Source of the DNA: Salinibacter sp.
Lineage (GTDB): Bacteria; Bacteroidota; Rhodothermia; Rhodothermales; Salinibacteraceae
Reading direction: 5' to 3'
Assembly (NCBI RefSeq): GCF_036626415.1
Contig: NZ_JAZKRW010000002.1
Coordinates: forward strand, 9,521 to 73,520
Length of the DNA: 64,000 nucleotides
The notes under the pieces were generated by a model. The model did no database searches. It was not told the DNA's origin and worked only from the letters and a program-made list of their open reading frames with translations. Numbering within the stretch: the first letter of the stretch is position 1; the number at the start of each line of letters is the position of its first letter. A program made the translations under genes and the position numbers. This document shows positions 59,056-64,000 of this stretch, one piece after another.

Positions 59056-59085
59056 GACGGAACTGTCCACGACGGAACTGTCCAC
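59056..59085 (+). repeat. Perfect 15-bp tandem duplication
   Basis: GACGGAACTGTCCAC at 59056-59070 and again at 59071-59085. Confidence 0.95.
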
Positions 59086-59148
59086 CGCGGTTGCGCGACG
59101 GCCGATCGTCGTGCTCGCTTGGTTTGTTCCACTCATGGTTCCCCCGCG

Positions 59149-59673
59149 ATGAATACGTTTTCCGCCTTCGAACGTCAGGTCTCCGCGCACGAAGATCAGG
59201 TATACCGGTTCGCCCGCTCGATGCTGAACGACGACGCCACGGCGCAGGACGTCACCCAGGAGGTGCTGGTGACACTCTGGGAGCACCAGGACGAGCTCGA
59301 CGAAGACGGGGTCATCGCCTGGCTGATGCGCGTGACCCGGAACGCCTGCATCGATCGCCTCCGGGCCCGACAGCGGCGGCGCAAGACCGTCCAGCACGAC
59401 CCCGATGGCGTAGACCGCGCCCCAAGTCCGGACCGGACGCCCGACCGGCACGCCGAGGCGGCCGACCTTCACGACCACGTGCTGGATGCGCTCGACCGCG
59501 TCGACCAGCCGTACCGCCGCGTGGTCGCCCTCCGCGAACTGCAGGGCCTGAAGTACAAAGAAATTGCGGAGACGCTGGACATGCCGCTCAATACGGTCAA
59601 GGTCTACCTCCACCGGGGACGCAAAAAGCTGCGCGCCCAGATCGACCGCGCCCTTGACCCGATTCCTGCGTAG
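59149..59673 (+). CDS. ECF-type RNA polymerase sigma-70 factor
   Basis: AQDVTQEVLV.LW, AWLMRVTRNACIDRLR, L.Y.EIAETL.MPLNTVKVYLHRGRKKLR. Confidence 0.93.
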   Translation: MNTFSAFERQVSAHEDQVYRFARSMLNDDATAQDVTQEVLVTLWEHQDELDEDGVIAWLMRVTRNACIDRLRARQRRRKTVQHDPDGVDRAPSPDRTPDRHAEAADLHDHVLDALDRVDQPYRRVVALRELQGLKYKEIAETLDMPLNTVKVYLHRGRKKLRAQIDRALDPIPA

Positions 59674-59770
59674 CTTTTTTCCGCCTTCCTCCCCTGGCCC
59701 TTCGTTGTCCTTGGGTGACTGAGTTGATAGGTTGTCAACACATTTCACCCCCAGAGCTTCTCAGTTCGCC

Positions 59771-61189
59771 ATGGAGAGGGACACCATCATCGAGCCGTTC
59801 CGGATTAAGTCGGTCGAGCCCATTCAACTCACGTCTCGGGCCGAGCGCGAGCGGATGATTCAGGAGGCCCACTACAACCTGTTCAACCTGCACGCCGATG
59901 ACGTCATCATCGACCTGCTTACGGACTCAGGCACCTCCGCGATGAGCGCGGCACAGTGGGCCGGCCTCATGCAGGGGGACGAGAGCTACGCGGGCTCTCC
60001 TTCCTACTTTCGGTTCGAAGAGGCGGTCAAGGATTTGATGCCGTTCGAGCACGTCATTCCCACCCATCAGGGCCGGGCCGCCGAGCGCATTCTGATGGGC
60101 CTCGTGGCGGGCCCCGACACCAAAATTCCAAGCAACACGCACTTCGACACCACGCGCGCCAACATTGAGGCCACGGGCGCCGAGGCGGTGGACCTCGTCA
60201 TCGAAGAGGGCCTCGACCCCGATCTCCCCCATCCGTTCAAGGGAAACATCGACCTGGACCGGCTCGACGCCCTCCTGACGGAGAAGGGCGACCGCGTGCC
60301 GATCGTCATGCTGACCGTTACCAACAACTCGGGCGGCGGGCAGCCCGTCTCCCTCGCCAACCTGCAGGGGGCGAAGGCCCTGTGCGAGGAGCACGACGTC
60401 CCGCTCATCCTCGACGCCTGTCGCTTCGCCGAGAATGCCTACTTCATCAAGCAGCGCGAAGACGGGTACGGCGACCGCTCCGTCAAGGCGATTGTCCGGG
60501 AGATGTTTTCGCACGCGGACGGCATGACCATGAGCGCCAAGAAGGATGCCCTGGTCAACATCGGCGGATGGCTGGCCCTCGACGACGACACGTGGGCCCG
60601 CGAGGCCCGCAATCAACTCATCCTCACGGAGGGCTTTCCCACCTATGGGGGGCTCGCCGGGCGCGACCTGGAGGCCATTGCCCGAGGGCTCCAGGAGATC
60701 GTCGATGAGGACTACTTGGAGTACCGCATGGCCTCCACGCGCTACCTGGGCGAGGCCCTCACGGACCTGGGGGTGCCCATCGTGAAGCCGGTGGGCGGGC
60801 ACGCGGTGTATATCGACGCCAAGTCGCTCCTCCCCCACATCCCCCCGCTAGAGTACCCGGCCCAGTCGCTGGCCGTGGCCCTGTACTTGACGGGCGGCAT
60901 CCGTGGGGTCGAGATCGGATCGGTCATGTTTGGCCGGCAGCCCGACGGCAGCGAGGCGCCGGCCGACCAGGAACTCCTGCGCCTCGCCATCCCCCGCCGC
61001 GTCTACACCCAAAGCCACGTCGACTACGTGATCGAGTGCTTTGAGGAACTGGTGGGCCGCAAGGACGCCCTCTGCGGGTATGCGATTACCGAAGAGCCGC
61101 CCCAACTCCGCCATTTCACGGCCCACTTCCGGCCCAAAGACCCCGAGGCCGTCCACCACGAGACCGAGAGACCCGCCCACGCGTCGTGA
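59771..61189 (+). CDS. tnaA: Tryptophanase (beta-eliminating lyase)
   Basis: EPFRIKSVE, DLLTDSGT, THQGR, MSAKKD (PLP lysine), YGGLAGRD. The C-terminal LRHF has His where tyrosine phenol-lyases have LRFF. Confidence 0.85.
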   Translation: MERDTIIEPFRIKSVEPIQLTSRAERERMIQEAHYNLFNLHADDVIIDLLTDSGTSAMSAAQWAGLMQGDESYAGSPSYFRFEEAVKDLMPFEHVIPTHQGRAAERILMGLVAGPDTKIPSNTHFDTTRANIEATGAEAVDLVIEEGLDPDLPHPFKGNIDLDRLDALLTEKGDRVPIVMLTVTNNSGGGQPVSLANLQGAKALCEEHDVPLILDACRFAENAYFIKQREDGYGDRSVKAIVREMFSHADGMTMSAKKDALVNIGGWLALDDDTWAREARNQLILTEGFPTYGGLAGRDLEAIARGLQEIVDEDYLEYRMASTRYLGEALTDLGVPIVKPVGGHAVYIDAKSLLPHIPPLEYPAQSLAVALYLTGGIRGVEIGSVMFGRQPDGSEAPADQELLRLAIPRRVYTQSHVDYVIECFEELVGRKDALCGYAITEEPPQLRHFTAHFRPKDPEAVHHETERPAHAS

Positions 61190-61196
61190 CCCGCTG

Positions 61197-62285
61197 TTAT
61201 CGGTAGCCCGCCACGCGGCGCCGGGCCCGGCCCAGGGCCGGCGGCACCTCCTCCGGCGGCGTCAGCTCGCCCCGGAGGTTGTTCTGGACGAGACGACGCA
61301 CCTCGCCGGGGGCGTGGTTCTGCTCGAACAGATAGTAGAGCTTCGCCAGCGCCGCCTCCGTCGTCATGTCATACCCGCTCACCGCCCCCGCGTCCGCCAG
61401 GGCCTGGCCGGTGGCGTACAGGTCGAGGTCCGCCGTGCCCCGCAGCGGCTGCGTCACCGCCACGATGACGACCCCTCGGTCGGTCGCCTCACGGAGGACC
61501 TCCAGAAACGCCTCGTTCTTGGCCGGCGCATTGCCCGCCCCGAAGCACTCCAGCACCACCCCCTGCACCGGCGGGGCCAAGACGTTCTCCAGCGAAGCGG
61601 CGTCCAGGCCCGGAAAGAGACGAAACGCCGAGACCGTCGCCTCCCCCATCTCCGTCACGGCGGGCGGCCGGGGGGGACGGTGGGGCGCCGGCACCCGATT
61701 CCATTCCACGTCCAGGTCAATCCCTGCCGTTCCCACGGCCGGGAAGTTAGGGGAGTCGAACGCCGCAAACGCGTCGGCGTTTACCTTTGTCACGCGGGTG
61801 CCCCGGTACAGGCGGTCGTGAAAGAACAGATGCACCCCAGCCAGCCGATCGGCGTGGGCTCCGAGCAGCAGAAGGGAGGTCAGCAGGTTCCCCTGGGCGT
61901 CGGTCCGCGTCTCCGCGAGCGGAAGCTGGGCCCCCGTCAGGAGCACCGGCTTGTCGAGTGGGTGCAGCATGAAGGCGAGCGCCGAGGCCGTAAACGCCAT
62001 CGTGTCCGTCCCGTGCACAACCAGGAAGCCATCGTACGCCTCGAAGCGGGCCCGAATCGCCTCCGCGATCTGCAGCCAGTCGTCCGGCGTCATGTTCGCG
62101 CTGTCGAGCAGCGGATCGAACGCATGCACGTCGTAGTCGGGCACGTCCTCCGACTGAAACGACGCCCGCTGGTCCATGAGGGCCTCCAGGGTGCCGGGCC
62201 CGGGCACGTAGCCCTCCTCGCTTTCCACCATGCCGACGGTGCCCCCCGTATAGACCACGAGAATGCGGGGCGCGGACGTCGCCAT
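61197..62285 (-). CDS. ansA: Type I L-asparaginase
   Basis: YTGGTVGM, DSANM, HGTDTMA, LTGAQ, FDSPN, FGAGNAP, DMTTEAALAKL. Confidence 0.92.
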   Translation of the reverse strand: MATSAPRILVVYTGGTVGMVESEEGYVPGPGTLEALMDQRASFQSEDVPDYDVHAFDPLLDSANMTPDDWLQIAEAIRARFEAYDGFLVVHGTDTMAFTASALAFMLHPLDKPVLLTGAQLPLAETRTDAQGNLLTSLLLLGAHADRLAGVHLFFHDRLYRGTRVTKVNADAFAAFDSPNFPAVGTAGIDLDVEWNRVPAPHRPPRPPAVTEMGEATVSAFRLFPGLDAASLENVLAPPVQGVVLECFGAGNAPAKNEAFLEVLREATDRGVVIVAVTQPLRGTADLDLYATGQALADAGAVSGYDMTTEAALAKLYYLFEQNHAPGEVRRLVQNNLRGELTPPEEVPPALGRARRRVAGYR

Positions 62286-62429
62286 CAGTGCGAGGTGGAT
62301 GTTCGAAAGGAAACCCAGTGCAGGCGCCTAGTGTCGTGTTGGACAGTGGGGTATGAGATTCGGTCTCGACAATCGCCTGAACCCAAAAAGCCCTTCCCGT
62401 AGATGCCCACTCCCTGTTCGCCTCTGCCG

Positions 62430-63017
62430 TTACTCCTCGTCGAGAATGTAAATGTCGGGGAGGTTGCGGGCGACTTGGCCGTAGTCGAGCCCATACCCAA
62501 TCACGAAGAGGTCCGGGATGCGGAAGCCGACGTAGTCGAGCGTGAGGTCCGGCTCCGTCGCCGTGGGCTTGTGGAGCAGCGTCGACACGCGAAGAGACGC
62601 GGGGTTATACTCCGCGAGACGGCGCTTGATGAACTCCATCGACAGCCCCGTGTCCACAATGTCCTCGACCACGATCACGTCGCGCCCCTCTAGGTCGGCG
62701 TCGATGCTTTTGAGCTCTCGCACCTCTCCGCTCGACACCTTCTCGTCCCCGTACGAGGAGAGCTTGATGAAGTCGATTTCGCAGTCTGTATCGATGGCCC
62801 GCATCAGGTCGGCGGTATACATAAAGGCGCCGTTCAGAACGCTCACGAGGATGGGCGTCGTGGTGGCGTAGTCGCGGGTGATGGTCTGGCCAATCTCGGC
62901 GACCCGCTCCTGAATGCGATTGGCCGACAGGTAGCGTCGAAAGCGGTCGCCCTGTACAGTGACAACGGCGTCGGCGGGCTGTACGGGCGTGTTCAAGAGG
63001 TCGCGCGTAGCGGGCAT
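62430..63017 (-). CDS. hpt: Hypoxanthine phosphoribosyltransferase
   Basis: VLNGAFMY..DL, SSYG, VIVVEDIVDTG, FVIGYGLDY. Confidence 0.96.
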   Translation of the reverse strand: MPATRDLLNTPVQPADAVVTVQGDRFRRYLSANRIQERVAEIGQTITRDYATTTPILVSVLNGAFMYTADLMRAIDTDCEIDFIKLSSYGDEKVSSGEVRELKSIDADLEGRDVIVVEDIVDTGLSMEFIKRRLAEYNPASLRVSTLLHKPTATEPDLTLDYVGFRIPDLFVIGYGLDYGQVARNLPDIYILDEE

Positions 63018-63090
63018 ATCGGGGACCGGCAATCCAAAAGAGTGAGGCGCAGAAGCGACGATCTAAGCTAGGCCGTGGCTCCGAAGAGTG

Positions 63091-64000
63091 TCAATTGTCC
63101 GAGGGTTTTTCACGTGGACGTAGGACGAGACGGGCCACCCGGTCGGTGTCGGGACGCACACGGACCCGATGATCGAGTCGGTACCCCACCACCCAGGCAA
63201 TCCGGGCGTCCGAGCACAGCACAGACACCCGGCTCCGTTTGTGCGGCGGGACCCGGTTGTCGGTGAGAAGGTCGCTCACGGGTTTCGTGCCGTCTAGTCC
63301 GAGGGGCTGGATCCGGTCGCCCGAAGCCCAGGGGCGCACGGTCAGGGCCGTCCCCAACCGACCCGCGTCGGCGTACACCACCCGCGGGGTGCCGGCGTCT
63401 AGCGACGCAGGCCGCTCTCCGCAGTGCTCCACCCAGAGCTCTCCCTGAGGAATCGACACTGGGGTCTCCCACTCGACGGGCGTCGGGGACTGCGGGGCGG
63501 GCCCCGCGGCGTGGGGCACGAAGCGCACCCGACCGCGCTCTCGCCAGATGGTGCCGCTCCCCAGTTCCACGCGCGCACCCACCTGGGCGTGGACGAGGGC
63601 CTCCAACTCCTCCCCCACCGCGCGGGAGTAGGGCGCCGCGGGCAGCGTGCGCCGCAGGGCTTCCAGGAGAAGACGGCGGCGCCAGACGGGAGGGGCCTCC
63701 TGCAGCGCCTCTACGGACAGGGCCCCACCCGGGTCACAGTCCGTGTACGCCCGATTCATCCGCTGCTGTAGGGCCGGGCGGAGGGCCTGATCCACGTATT
63801 CCTGCATGAGCCCGGCCGAGCGGGCCAGGATCTCGGTCGCACCCTCGAAGTGGGATTCCAGCCGCGGGAGAATCTCGGTTCGAAGGACGCCCCGGTCGTA
63901 GTCGAGACTGCGGTTCGTCGGGTCGGTCCGCCACGGCAGATCGGTCGCCTCGGCGTAGGCTTCGATGTCGTCCCGGCTGACCTTCAAGAGCGGTCGCACC
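63091..64000 (-). CDS. tilS: tRNA(Ile)-lysidine synthetase, 5' end outside the window
   Basis: RPLL...IEAYA, WRTDPTN...Y.RGVLR..ILP; C-terminal GDRIQPLG..K.VSDLL, WVVGYR; adjacent to hpt. Confidence 0.93.
   Translation of the reverse strand, partial: VRPLLKVSRDDIEAYAEATDLPWRTDPTNRSLDYDRGVLRTEILPRLESHFEGATEILARSAGLMQEYVDQALRPALQQRMNRAYTDCDPGGALSVEALQEAPPVWRRRLLLEALRRTLPAAPYSRAVGEELEALVHAQVGARVELGSGTIWRERGRVRFVPHAAGPAPQSPTPVEWETPVSIPQGELWVEHCGERPASLDAGTPRVVYADAGRLGTALTVRPWASGDRIQPLGLDGTKPVSDLLTDNRVPPHKRSRVSVLCSDARIAWVVGYRLDHRVRVRPDTDRVARLVLRPREKPSDN

Noticed and set aside
59056-59085. CRISPR array
   Set aside because: Only two abutting 15-bp copies, with no spacers and no cas genes.
62430-64000. 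tilS-hpt adjacency as a special system
   Set aside because: A common conserved gene pair; nothing unusual is visible and tilS is truncated by the window edge.

Overview
High-GC bacterial chromosome segment with acidic proteins. Gene content points to Salinibacter or a close Rhodothermaeota relative (inference). It is mostly housekeeping DNA: I saw no transposase, integrase, CRISPR array, tRNA or rRNA. In order it holds: a partial PiT-family transporter, prfC, MgtC/DUF4010, DUF218, a VKOR-DsbA fusion, and a complete trp operon (trpE, ferritin-like gene, trpS, trpG, D, C, F, B, A). Then two lipoproteins, recQ, GT2, EamA, DUF4293, an isocitrate/isopropylmalate dehydrogenase, an exbB-orf-exbD-exbD operon, PolX-PHP, a penicillin-acylase-like protein, acs, a pabB-pabC fusion, an MDR / old-yellow-enzyme / pirin cluster, icmF, an SDR, and a rearranged Mrp antiporter operon (F-G-A-B-C-D-E). 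The end holds small hypotheticals, an acyl-CoA oxidase-like gene, hemE, a dienelactone hydrolase, a polyprenol kinase-like gene, a lipase, an HD hydrolase, an ECF sigma, tryptophanase, asparaginase, hpt and partial tilS. The most notable signals outside the main gene calls are: (1) a Trp-rich leader peptide with a complete classical attenuator ahead of trpE; (2) a ~150-nt rod-like structured RNA candidate between exbB and polX; (3) a 38-codon patch of icmF with no C-ending codons, covering the GTPase P-loop; (4) a PolX with a degenerate polymerase active site. All pairings and motifs were read by eye. No folding or database searches were run.
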